A stretch of DNA of 64,000 bases, from contig NC_091479.1 in the NCBI RefSeq assembly GCF_036971445.1, forward strand, positions 15,934,001 to 15,998,000, written 5' to 3'. This document shows positions 38,376-50,438 of this stretch, piece by piece. Below the pieces are notes generated by a model. That model saw only the letters and a list, made by a program, of their open reading frames with translations. It ran no database searches and had not been told where the DNA came from. This stretch comes from Narcine bancroftii (Eukaryota). The number at the start of each line of letters is the position of its first letter. Within the stretch, counting starts at the first letter, position 1. Both the position numbers and the translations under genes were made by a program.

Positions 38376-39474
38376 TCTTTGGCTTGGCTTCGCGGACGAG
38401 GATTTATGGAGGGGGTAAAAAGTCCACGTCAGCTGCAGGCTCGTTTGTGGCTGACAAGTCCGATGCGGGACAGGCAGACACGATTGCAGCGGTTGCAAGG
38501 GAAAATTGGTTGGTTGGGGTTGGGTGTTGGGTTTTTCCTCCTTTGCCTTTTGTCAGTGAGGTGGGCTCTGCGGTCTTCTTCAAAGGAGGTTGCTGCCCGC
38601 CAAACTGTGAGGCGCCAAGATGCACGGTTTGAGGCGTTATCAGCCCACTGGCGGTGGTCAATGTGGCAGGCACCAAGAGATTTCTTTAGGCAGTCCTTGT
38701 ACCTTTTCTTTGGTGCACCTCTGTCACGGTGGCCAGTGGAGAGCTCGCCATATAACACGATCTTGGGAAGGCGATGGTCCTCCATTCTGGAGACGTGACC
38801 CATCCAGCGCAGCTGGATCTTCAGCAGCGTGGACTCGATGCTGTCGACCTCTGCCATCTCGAGTGCTGTCGACCTCTGCCATCTCGAGTGCTGTCGACCT
38901 CTGCCATCTCGAGTGCTGTCGACCTCTGCCATCTCGAGTACTTCGACGTTAGGGGTGTAAGCGCTCCAATGGATGTTGAGGATGGAGCGGAGACAACGCT
39001 GGTGGAAGCGTTCTAGGAGCCGTAGGTGGTGCCGGTAGAGGACCCATGATTCGGAGCCGAACAGGAGTGTGGGTATGACAACGGCTCTGTATACGCTTAT
39101 CTTTGTGAGGTTTTTCAGTTGGTTGTTTTTCCAGACTCTTTTGTGTAGTTTTCCAAAGGCGCTATTTGCCTTGGCGAGTCTGTTGTCTATCTCATTGTCG
39201 ATCCTTGCATCTGATGAAATGGTGCAGCCGAGATAGGTAAACTGGTTGACCGTTTTGAGTTTTGTGTGCCCGATGGAGATGTGGGGGGGCTGGTAGTCAC
39301 GGTGGGGAGCTGGCTGATGGAGGACCTCAGTTTTCTTCAGGCTGACTTCCAGGCCAAACATTTTGGCAGTTTCCGCAAAGCAGGACGTCAAGCGCTGAAG
39401 AGCTGGCTCTGAATGGGCAACTAAAGCGGCATCATCTGCAAAGAGCAAGCTCACACCAAGACACAAGAGAAACT
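38376..39474 (-). mobile_element. 5'-truncated RTE-clade LINE with open ORF remnant and 12-bp TSD
   Basis: LFADD RT motif, FTYLG, YRAVVIPTLLFGSESW, C-terminal CxxC..HxxxC; TSD TGAATTCAATTC at 38364-38375 and 39474-39485. Confidence 0.93.
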
Positions 39475-39896
39475 GAATTCAATTCCTCTCGCGATGAAGG
39501 CCAATGTACCATTTGCCTTAATAACCTGTTGTACCTGCAACGCCCAAGTCCTTCTGCACCACAGCATTCTGCAGTTTTTCACCATTTAAATAATAATTTG
39601 CTTATTTTTCCGACCAAAGTGGGTGACCTCGCATTTACTAACATCGTCCTCCATTTGCCAGACCTTTGCCCACTCACCTCACTTAACTCTCTCCTTCTGC
39701 AGCCTCTCGACATCCTCTGTACAATTTGCTTTTCCGCTCAATTTCGTATCATCCGCAAACTTGGCTACAGGGCACTCTGTCCCCTCTTCCAAATCCTGAG
39801 TGTAAATGGTGAACAGCTGCGGGCCCAGCACCGACACCTGCGGCACCCCACTTCCCACTGTCTGCCAATCCGAAAAACACCTATTTACCCCGACTC

Positions 39897-40452
39897 CATA
39901 TAACCATATAACCACTTACAGCACAGAACAGGCCAGTTCGGCCCTACTAGTCCATGCCGTAGCAAATCCCCACCCTCCTAGTCCCACTGACCAGCACCCG
40001 GTCCATACCCCTCTAGTCCCCTCCTATCCATGTAACGATCCAGTCTTTCCTTAAATGTAACCAATGATCCCACCTCGACCACGTCTGCCAGAAACTCATT
40101 CCACATCCCCACCACCCTCTGCATAAAGAAATTTCCCCTCATGTTCCCCTTATAATTTTCCCCCTTCAATCTTAAACCATGTCCTCTAGTTTGAATCTCC
40201 CCCTTTCTTAATTGAAAAAGCCTATCCACATTTACTCTGTCTGTCCCTTTTAAAATCTTAAACACCTCTATCAAGTCCCCTCTCAATCTTCTACGCTCCA
40301 GAGAAAAAAGCCCCAGTCTGCACAACCTTTCCCTGGAACTCAGACCCTGAAATCCTGTCAACATTCTCGTGAACCTTCTCTGCACTTTCTCTATTTTGTT
40401 TATATCTTTCCTATAATTTGGTGACCAAAACTGTACACAGTACTCCAAATTT
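39897..40452 (-). mobile_element. Young CR1/HER1 3' fragment
   Basis: Open frame EYCVQFWSPNY..SLERRRLRGDLIEVFK; flanked by GACTC at 39892-39896 and 40453-40457. Confidence 0.9.
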
Positions 40453-42304
40453 GACTCTCTGCCTTCTGTCAGTTAACCAATCCTCAATCCATGCCAATAT
40501 ACTTCCCCCAACTCCATTCATTTGCATCTTATTGATAAGTCTCCCCATATCTACATGGGTTTCCGCTAGGTGATCCGGCTAGATCTCCCTCATTCCAAAG
40601 CGGTTAATTGGGTGTATTAGGGTAGTGTGGGCTCATGGGCCAGAAGGGCCTGTTACCATACTCCAAATTAAATTTTATTTTTAATTTTAAGCATACAGCA
40701 CAATTACAGGCCCTTCTGTACCACGAGACGGTGCCACCCAATTAACCTACAATCCCCCACATGTTTTGAACGGTGGGAGGAAACCGGAGCCCCCGGAGGA
40801 AACCCACACAAGTCACAGGGAAGAATGCACAAACTCCTTACGGAGAGGGTTTTCCCTGTGATGTCCACTACCTTTTGGAGGGCTTTATGCTCGGGGGCAG
40901 GCATACCAGACGACGATGCAGCCAGTCCCACCACAACCCTGTAGAAATTTGCCAGGGTTCCTGATGCCATAACCAAACCTCCGTAAACTCCTGAGGAGTT
41001 GAGGCGCTGATGCACTTCCTTCACGATGTGTTGGATCCGAGATTAGTGAAGCAAATGCTATCATTTGATGAAGCAGAATTTATCATTCCTGATTTTAACA
41101 TAACCAAACCCCTTGCATGTCGATACAACAACAAAAAACTCCATTTATGCAGCTCCTTTGATGTTGTATAAACTCAAGACACTTTACAAATGCTTTACTA
41201 CTATAAGGAAACCTGACACCAATCCATACACATACAAGTGTCACTGCCACATACGGAGTGGGAGTGAGGAGGTCCAGTGTGGGGTTTACAGTCTTTGGAT
41301 TCTCAACACCCATAGGCTCATCCATCGGTGATGAAAGAAAGAAAATCAGCCAAGGTCACGATCAGAATAATTGCTTTGGTCAATCATCTGGAATGGTTTA
41401 AAAAAGAGTCTAGCCACAAGTCATGACTGCAGAACTACCAGACTGTTGTAAAAAGCTGTATGGTTCATGAATACACTCCAAAGAGTTCTTACACTGAATG
41501 ATCGATAGGTGACCACGAAGAATTATAAGAAATGGGAGGGGGTGGGGGAGGTTTGAGTAAAAACACACACACTGGAGGAACGCAGCCGGTCTCCCAGGAG
41601 GAAAAGATAGATTTCCAACGTTCTGGGCCTGAGCCCTTCTTCAGGCTATCTGCAAAAGGTTGGCAGGCATCTTAATAACGAATGAGAGGGAAATGGAGGG
41701 TCCAGACCCACAAACAAAAGGTGCTAATTGGAGAGGAAAGGCAAGGAGTGATTTTGACTCTATGAAAGAAGGCAGAGGGAAAAGGGGAGAGAGAGAGAGA
41801 GAGAATCAACTAGAGGAAATGAGAGAGCAGGATTACGGTGGGGGGAGGTGCTTCAAAGGGAAAAATGGGAAGTTTAGACTCTGCTCATCTGGAATCTTAA
41901 AGTAGGTCAGCTGGCAGAGAGTTGATGGGTGGGGACACAGCCTTGGAGAAGCGCATTGCCAATTTACACAAGTTCTCTCTGTGCTTTGGGGACAATAGTG
42001 AAGGAAAAATCCTGGCAATTATTTTTTTCATTTCCTCGTGCAATCCCAGAGGACACCAGAGACACATGATCTCACCACAGGTCAGGATAGGTCTGTAAGG
42101 AAAGCTTGCTTCATCTCGCCATATCAGTTTTGCACTCTCTCCCACATAAAAACAATTACTTTTTGACACTAACTACTTGGCTTATCCTTAATGCACCTTG
42201 CACACCAAATAATCCTATTCACCTTTACGACGCATCTTGGAGCACTCAAGTGAAGCAGAGGATAGGACAATTTCACGCAATTACTCTGAGTTTTCATTGA
42301 ATTA

Positions 42305-42938
42305 CAGTCAAACTACTGATATCCGGAACCTCTGGGAATTGGTAGATGCCGGATAAGTGAATTTTCTGGTTTCTAACAGCGCCTATCTAATAAACAAAAG
42401 TAGTTTAAAGGACAAAAGTACTATACTGTATTTACACTGAATAATCTCCACGCATGAATATATAAAGCATTTTACTTCATCTTCAGTCACATTCTTTGAA
42501 AACATTTAACCGTCACTGCATCTGCAGGTTCGAAAACACTTAACCGTCACTGCATCTGCAGGTTCCTCCCCCTCCACTGAGCCGTCCGGAAGGCGAACTA
42601 ATAACATTATAGATAATTAACCCCACCCCCACCAAAATTTACAGAATTAGCCTCTAACTCTTACTCAGCAGGGATAAGGAGACACTTTAAAAGAGTCACC
42701 TCAACGGCGAGTGGCATCAACCGGCTCTTCATTCTGGCCGACGCCAGCACAACTTTATTCAAACAGTGGCCACGAGCAAAGCCCGACCAAGGCTGAGTAT
42801 TTGCTCCCATCTTCACCAAAGGTTGATTCAGAGAACACGAACTTTGACAATTTTAAACTTGCGTACTTTTTACCTATTATTTTATTCTTATTTATTTATT
42901 GCTGGTTGTTTGAATTCCAGGTTATTCTTTTAAAACTG
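42305..42938. mobile_element. pogo/Tigger-type element (same family as 6092-6750)
   Basis: TA-CAGT..ACTG-TA; alignable to 56583-57233; carries an internal tandem duplication of about 34 bp near 42498-42565. Confidence 0.7.
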
Positions 42939-45159
42939 TACCTGGAACAGCAATAGCAAAGATTCCATTGAAATTCCAATAACGAAACCCATGAACTGGA
43001 GGAACACGAGTTTCGTTTCATGACCTTGGCCAAAACCCTCCACAGTGACAATGGCAAACAGCACCACACAGATGGCCTCTGGCGCTCAAGTGGTGCCCTG
43101 AACAGGCCAGCTGAGCACCTTGATGATTGCGAATTCAGCTACACTGTTGAAAAGGAAACAGCACAGTCGAGGGGCCCCAATGGCCTCTTCCTGCGCTGCC
43201 CAGTTCAGTGATCCGTGTTTTTAAGTTGAGTCGGTGCACAAGCGCTGGAGAAACTCAGCAGTTCCCGTTGCATCCATGGGAGGCATAGATGTTCTGTATA
43301 ACCAACGTTTCGGGCCTGAGCCCCTTCGTCAAGGTAGGGGCAAAAAGCTGAATGAAAAGGTGGGGGGAGGGGGAGAGAAAGAGCAGGGGAGGAGCATTGA
43401 CAAGCAGCCATGTCAAAGGGCAGGAGAGAATTAATTGAGGGAAGGTGGGAGCGAGGTGCCGAAAAGGTTGAAAGTGGCTGCAGAAGATGATCCCTGCAGA
43501 TTCACGTGGCTTCACTCGGAAAGACTGCCTGTGGCCCCAAATGGTGGTGAGGGAGGAGGTGTGGATGCAACTGTGGTACTTCCTGTAGTCACAGATGCAG
43601 ACTTTCCTGTTTCACTCAAAAGCTGCCAATGGTGCCTGAGCAGTGAAGACACAAATTCCGCTCGTTAGCAGTTGGCCAGCAATGAAACAAGCTTGGGAAG
43701 GCCATTCAGCTTCAAGTCTGTTCCACCATTAGGCCCAGATTAATTATGCAGCAAAATGAGCATGTGCTTATGTCACCAAGGGAAGGGGGCACCACAGAGT
43801 TTTTTTTTTCCCAGGGCCGGATTTACCATGATGGAGCTGAACTAGGGCCCCCACAATAAATGGAAAAAAACACACACAGACACAGAGACACACAGACACA
43901 ATTTAATATAGTTGTGGGGTCTGGCCTCTATTATTTCACATTCAGCCCTTATTGTGTCAGTTAGACAATGAATGGGTCAAGGGGGAACCATTGTTGGGCT
44001 GTGCTTAGGGTCCTGTTCACCAGCCCAAGGCTTTGCAACCCACAAATAAATTTTGAAATAAAATCTCTTAGGACACTTGTCAGCCAAGTTATAGGCAGGA
44101 GGCTCTCAAAAAAAACAGTAACAAGATGCTATGCAAATACTCCGCTATATTAATGTTAGCCAAAGGACAAATGTTGACTAGGGGTAGGGGAGAAAGAGAG
44201 GAAGGTTATAAAGATCTGCACCAAAGTCTTAATTAAAATAAGCTTCAAATACACTGACAATACAGGGTTAACGATTCCAAGCTTACGTAGAGCCAACTTC
44301 AAGGAGAAACTTTTAAAAGGTCATTAAAGTGTGCTGACCAGCTGTATCACGGTCTGGTCTGGGGACACAAACTCCCTTGAAAGCCCTGCAAAAGGTCGTG
44401 GATGCAGCCAAAACCTCCCCCGTCATCAAGAACATCGGCAGGGAATGCTGGAGAGCAGCAGCAGACCCACACCACCCCAGCACCCACTCCGTTCTCGCTG
44501 CTGCCATCAGGAAAGAGACATCGGTGCCACACAACTCGCACCACCAGGTTCAGGAACAGCTGCTACCCCTCTACCATCAGACTCAACGACAAGCTCAATT
44601 AGGGCCTCATTTAAGGGCTCAGACTTCTGCACTTCTCTGTATTACAGTTTGTTTTTCATTTAATTGTTGATATCTGTACAGTTTTATTTTACACTACCAT
44701 TTAGTGGTAATTCTGCCTCGCCCGCAGGAAAAAGAATCTCAGGGTTGTATGTGATGTCATGTATGTACTCTGACAATAAATCTGAAATTTGATTCTAAAG
44801 GAACCCAGAGATTCTGAACACTGGGGCCAACCTCTGCAATAATGATGACAGAAACGAGCTGAGCCCAAAATTGGGATACCAGGTGGCCCCACAATAAATG
44901 GAAAAAACAAACATTATAACTGTACACTGTACATTGTTACTTGTGACAGAAGATGGGAGAGGTGATGAAATCTAGAGGGTAAAACAAAATGAGATTGGCG
45001 TAGATTGAATGAGATTAACCGAGTGGCTGGGAAATTGGTGAACGAAGGGGGACTGCTTCCATACAGTATCATTTCAGTTGCAAGAAAATTTTGATAACCA
45101 AAGGTGTTATGGGTAGAAGGCAGGCAAAAGGTTTGGAGGGTCTGCCACCAATCTCAATA

Positions 45160-45599
45160 GGCCCTTTCAAACTGCCGTGTAAAATGGGGGTTTACGGGGC
45201 AATTTGCCCGGTTAGCACCCGTTTCACTCCAGTTAGAAAGGGGTCCAACAGGGTCAACCCTCTCAGAACCCAACCGGGTCCCTGACCTACCTCTGAGGTA
45301 GCTGGGAAACCCAGTTAAACGTACCTAGGTCATGTCCAGATTAGAAAACAAAAATGGCCGACCTGCTTATTCTGGTGGTGTCAGTGCTGGCGTGCGTACG
45401 TTACCGGGCGGCCAGCATCCGAACATCCGGCCGTAGTTCCGGTGAGTGTGTGACGCATCATCGCGGGTCGGGTTCCCTCTGAAAAATCGCCGGATTGGCG
45501 AATTAATGGGTCGATCCCCCTGCAATTTAAAAGGGGCTTCCAGCACCTTTGTCCTGGAACCGCACCCGGGTCCCAGGAGGGCTGCAGTTTAAAAGAGGC
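45160..45599. mobile_element. PIF/Harbinger-like MITE
   Basis: Inverted ends GCCCTTTCAAACTGC / GCAGTTTAAAAGAGGC followed by TAA. Confidence 0.5.
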
Positions 45600-47199
45600 T
45601 AATGAATGCAGAAACAGCTTGAAGAGGGCAGGCACTGGGTGTCCACGTAATCACTCTGGCTAGATACTGAGGTTCAGATCACCCATTAGCCCCTCCTGCT
45701 ATATACTGGGATTAAAATTATAAAATTATTCAATTTAAATTGACATTTAAATGTGTTTTTTTTTTAAAATTAAGACATACAGCACAGTTTCAGGCCCTTT
45801 CAACCCACAAGCCAGTCAGGCAGGAGTGTAGTCAGGTTTTAACATTAGAGGGAGGGAACGAGCACATACAAAAGGCACCACACCAGCCATTTCCTCCAAG
45901 CTGGGCGTGTGTGCGCGCACACGTTTTCCTGCCAGCGCACAAAGGAAATCAACGTGCGCACATCCACGACGCAGACCAAATAATTTAAAATTCATTATAC
46001 ATTTTTATTCTGTATTGGGCCTCTACAACAGCCTCTTTCGTCTTGGTTTCATTCTAGCAAAGCTCAGGGTACTGTTGGAAAGCCTTCCCTCTCCGCTCGA
46101 AGCCCCACTCTCCTCCTTCCCCAACCCACCCACCCCCTCCTCCATCTCTTCCTTCTCTCCCACCAAGCATGCCCAAATGTCATGAGAAAATTACAATCTT
46201 CCTTTCTGCACTAGAACACCAAAAGGCATAACATGGCTTGTTTAGTCTGGATTATGGCAAATCTTCCAGCTGACCACCAAATCCAGTACTTGCCTTGACT
46301 GTGTACACCTTATTCTCGGGGGTTTTTTTTCCCCCGAGCCCCACAGCTGATGGGTTTGATAATAACTCAAGTCCTCGATGCTGGGGGCTGCTGGCACCTT
46401 GCTTGCTTTCACATTCCTGTATGGGATGACAGGACTGGCGCCGTCATGCTGGGAACCACCATCTCCCAATCAGATTCCCACAGAGCATTCCCCACTGCTC
46501 CAATGGAACACAGGATGCCCTCCGATTGAACGCTGGCGCCCGTCACACAGCTGCTCATCAGAAAGTTTTCAGAAGTTCCGCTGGGGTCCTTCATCAAACA
46601 GCTCACTTACGGTTGACTTTGGACTTCAGTAAAATGTCAGGCGGTAATTGGTACCAAATGGTAATAATGGAATGTACTTTATGAATGCTCAATTATTAAT
46701 TTGATTTCATTTGTCGTTAGTTCCGTGCTTTTGAGAAATGTGATCAGGCACGGCACGAGGACGGGCTGGAGCTGGTGTTACCGGGATGTCTGGTTAAACT
46801 ACAAAGTCTATTATTATTGCTATTAGGGCCGAAAGGCTGCTTTAAAAAACGTTGAGCTGTTTGACATGCTTTTCGAGAAAGCGCACAGCCTGGAAACGCA
46901 CTGGCTGGTGGCAAGGCGAAAAGGCACCACTTTAGACAAATGTGCTCAGGGGAATCCCCCTGCATCCCTCCTAGCTACGCCACTGGAGCTAGTCCTGCCC
47001 AATTACATCCCTGATACATTTTGAACGGTGGGAGGAAACCAGAGCACCCACAGGAAACCCGCGCGGGCACCCACAGGAAAATGGGTTATGGCATGACTCT
47101 TGATTCCAAAGCTGTTCTCCATCTGGAACAAGGCAATTAAAACAAGGAATGGGTGTTGCAATGATTAATTAAGAGCTAATTTTCCTTCAGGATGTAACT

Positions 47200-47640
47200 T
47201 TACATGCTGTCGTAAACCTCCATCTCCCACATCAAAGGTCTCAGGGCCCTTCGTTTCCTTCTCAACAACCGACCCAACCAGTTCCCCTCCTCCAGCTGGC
47301 CGAACTTGCCCTCACCCTTAATAACTCCTCCTTTGGACTCATCCCACTTGCTTTAATTCAGAAGGGGAAGCCTTGGGTACCTGCATGGGCCCCAGCTATG
47401 CCTGCCTGTTTGTTGACCATATGCTATAAGCCCACACAGGCAAGGCTCTTCATCTCTTCCTCCACAACGTCGAGGACTGAATTGGTGCTGCCTCATGCGC
47501 CCATTAAGAGCACGTCAGCTTTGCTGCTCACTGACCTCAAATTCACTTGGTCCATCTCTGGCAACTCTCTCTCAATCTCCCCGTCTCCATCTCGGGAAAC
47601 AAACTCTTCTACAAACCCACAGCTACCTCGACTACACCTC
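47200..47640 (+). mobile_element. Penelope-like RT remnant
   Basis: GCCTTGGGTACCTGCATGGGCCCCAGCTATGCCTGCCTGTTT encodes ALGTCMGPSYACLF (PLE RT motif AMGT.MGPSYA.LF); also DLKFTWSIS. Confidence 0.7.
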
Positions 47641-48083
47641 TTGAAACCCAGTCCCCTTGTAGCGCGTGCAGACGGAACCACATGATCTGAAGGGTCATTG
47701 TCATTGGGTAATAATGACAGCTCTGACTGGAGCGCATTAGAAAGTTCAAAAAAGTAAAGAGCATTAAGTTTTAGCCTTGTAGGTTCATTAACACGTAAGC
47801 TGGGCTGACGAAAAATGTTTTTGTTGTTATAATTAACAACATGGATACTTTTTAAAATTATACATTTCTGTTGAAACACTGCGCAATAATTTTATAGAAT
47901 AATTTTGATGTCACACCCTCTAATGGTGTCACCCAGTGTGGTCCACCTCTCTAGTGATGTCAGGGCTGTCTCCTTCCCTCCACCTCCCCACATCCCACTC
48001 TCCATTCAGAGGGCTATCCCCTCCCCGGTCACTCCTCAGCTTTTTTTCCCCCCACCCTTCCCCTCTCACCTACCTGTTGGCTT

Positions 48084-49140
48084 TGTGACAGATTGTTACA
48101 TTTTATATTGTATATAAAGGAGATAAATTGTAGCAGGTATTTTAGTGTAGTTCACTTCAAAACAGATCTCATTTAAAATGCTGGAGCTCGGCTCAAGCCA
48201 GACAGTCCAGGCTCCGGGTGCCTTTGCACAATCTTTGAAGAATGCCTATAAGGACTTCACAAGCAGGTGTTGATTGGACATGCTGTGGAGTAATGGATTA
48301 TTGTTTTGGAAAGCAACAGATGAACAGACTCGGAAGATTGGGTCTGGTGCCACCGTCTGTCTGAATGCAGTTTGCTGTTCTAGGAAGGTCATGCGATTTT
48401 GCAAGCAGAGAGGGTCAAACAGGTTGTTCTCAGAGAGAGAAATGTGATCAGGCACGGCATGAGCTGGAGCTACCGGGATGTCTGGTTAAACTACAAAGTC
48501 TATTATTTTTGCTATTAGGGCCAAAAGGCTGCTTTAAAAAACGTTGAGCTGTTTGACATGCTTTTCGAGAAAGCGCACAGCCTGGACACGCACTGGCTGG
48601 TGGCAAGGCGAAAAAGGCACCACTTTAGACAAATGTGCTCAGTCCTACAGTCCAGCAGCAGTAGCTGGGACTGGAACAGGACAAGCCGGCAAGCTTGTGG
48701 GGAAAACCCCATTTGAAAGACAGGTTGTGGCTTCTTAGTCCAGCCTGGTTAAAGCCCTTGTGGTTCATGCAAGAGGAGAGGACTGGCGGTCTAATGTTTC
48801 CCTTGGAATAAGGGAAGCAAAAAGGAACTCTGTGGTGACCTGAAAGAAAGTCATCAGCTGGGAAACCCTGATGGGGCAGGTTTCTCGGGCAAAACACTGA
48901 AGTGGCCCGTTCAGGAGGAAACAGTTGTGGAGCAACAGCTCACCCTCTGAAAACCTTTCTGAGCGGTAACCATTCAAGCACCAATTCTGTGAATCAAAGA
49001 GCCTCTCCGAACTTACACACACTTTAGAATGAGAAGGTAATAAGTTAAAGTTTGATCCTGTTTTGATGTTTAAAGATGGTTCAGTCACCATCTGTCTTGG
49101 CGAATTGCTGCTGGGTTTTGGGGTGGCTCTGGGCTGCCCC
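48084..49140 (+). mobile_element. Diverged solo LTR (family of 32028-33134) with a 206-bp insert
   Basis: Collinear with 32044-33127 from GTGACAGA to GCTGCTGGGTTTTGGGG..CTCTGGGC. Confidence 0.75.
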
Positions 49141-49280
49141 CAGTGAAGGACATTCCTGCTTTTAAAGCACATTTCGCTCCAGACTCCCTCTTTGTGCCCA
49201 ATTCTTTCCGCCCCGCTCTCAGCCTCCTCCCAGTTCATTTCAGTACCGTTTCGTTGAAACAAAGGGCAGATTTGACTCAC

Positions 49281-49460
49281 CCTGTCAGCTCAGCCGCGGC
49301 CGGGCTCCAGGTGAAGGCTGAGCTCAGTGGTGGACCTGGAACGACAAACTCTGCAGGAATAGATCCGGGCTCCGGCTCACAGGAGGGTCCGCCGCCGCCT
49401 TCCGAACCTCAGCGGCCAAAACTTGGTGCCCACAGCGTGGATCAGCCACCCGGCGCTGAG
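49281..49460 (-). other. CD276: Probable non-coding first exon of CD276 (5' boundary approximate)
   Basis: CpG-rich segment ending in a consensus minus-strand donor AGG|GTGAGT (GT at 49280-49279), with no ATG on the minus strand and promoter motifs immediately upstream. Human CD276 also starts with a non-coding exon. Linkage to the Ig exons is inferred. Confidence 0.55.
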
Positions 49461-49610
49461 CCCCCGCCTCCTCGGTGACGTCGCGGCTGGGAATCGCCGC
49501 CTCTCATTGGTTACGAATGTAACAGTTCGAGGGAGTTTCCCCAACAGGGAATCCTGCCTACATTTTCAACGCACTCATTCTCCCAAATCAGACGCTTCCC
49601 TCCGCCCGCA
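49461..49610 (-). promoter_or_regulatory. Candidate CD276 proximal promoter
   Basis: GC-box-like CCCCGCC near 49462, CRE-like TGACGTCG 49476-49483, CCAAT on minus 49506-49510, NF-kB consensus GGGAGTTTCC 49531-49540, CCGCCC near 49602. Confidence 0.55.
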
Positions 49611-50438
49611 TCTATTCTGCTCTGGTGGGTTTCAGCTTTGTTTTGCAAATAGTTTTTGGCTTAAAAATTGAAACGCACAGGAACTGGAGGCGCTCTCGGG
49701 GAGAGGAGAGGCAAGCCTCTCGGAATGGGAAGGATTCAAGCCCCTGGGGGGGAGGAGGGGGGGGGGGTGATACGTTTCCTCCATTGTATATAGTTATTGA
49801 TGGCTAGTGAATATATAGACACACACACACTACTGATTCATACCCTTAAACTCCTCTCCCCCCCCCCCATCCTGGGTCACAAAGCCCGCCATTCCTGGAT
49901 CCGGGGCGGCAAGGTTCTTCTGGACATGAAAGCCTATCGTTCCCTCTGCCTAGTTGCAGGGAACCTCTGCCGGGCTTCACAGTGACTGTCCTATCCGACG
50001 CCGTGGGTCAACGGGCGCAGGGACCACTTTCTGGGCAAATTGATTTGCGCTGCTTCGAACAGAGGCGAGATGTTGTCGTTTAAGTGCAATGACCCCCCCC
50101 CCCCCCCCTCTCCCTCATCAATCAAAGAACTTTAAAGGGATGTCGCTTTCTGACAACCGGTGCAGCTTTCAATGTCTCAACAACCCAACTCGCTGTGAAC
50201 TTGGGGAGGGGGACTGTTCTGAACTCGAAAGTCTGCAGATTGAAGCAAAAACACAATTCTGGAGAAACTCAGGAGGGCAACGGGGTAGAGTGCAAAGATG
50301 CGTTGTTTGGCTTGAGCCCTTCATCAAGGTATGGAAAAATGTCGGCAGGTGTCCGAACAAAATGGACTAGGGTCGCTTGCTGATACTTTCCATACCTTCA
50401 TGAAGGGCTCAAGCCCGAAATGTTGGTGATGTATCTTT

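Larger units (their letters stand above)
37820..40545 (-). mobile_element. Older CR1/HER1 LINE interrupted by two younger insertions
   Basis: Segments 37820-38375 (MRGDLLETYRIMKG..TRGYSL), 39486-39896 (SGVPQVSVLGPQLFTIY..KFADDTKL) and 40453-40545 are collinear. Confidence 0.8.

Noticed and set aside
46378-46632. Plus-strand ORF beginning MLGAAGTLLAFTFLYG, signal-peptide-like
   Set aside because: Antisense to CD276, no recognisable domain and no supporting gene structure.
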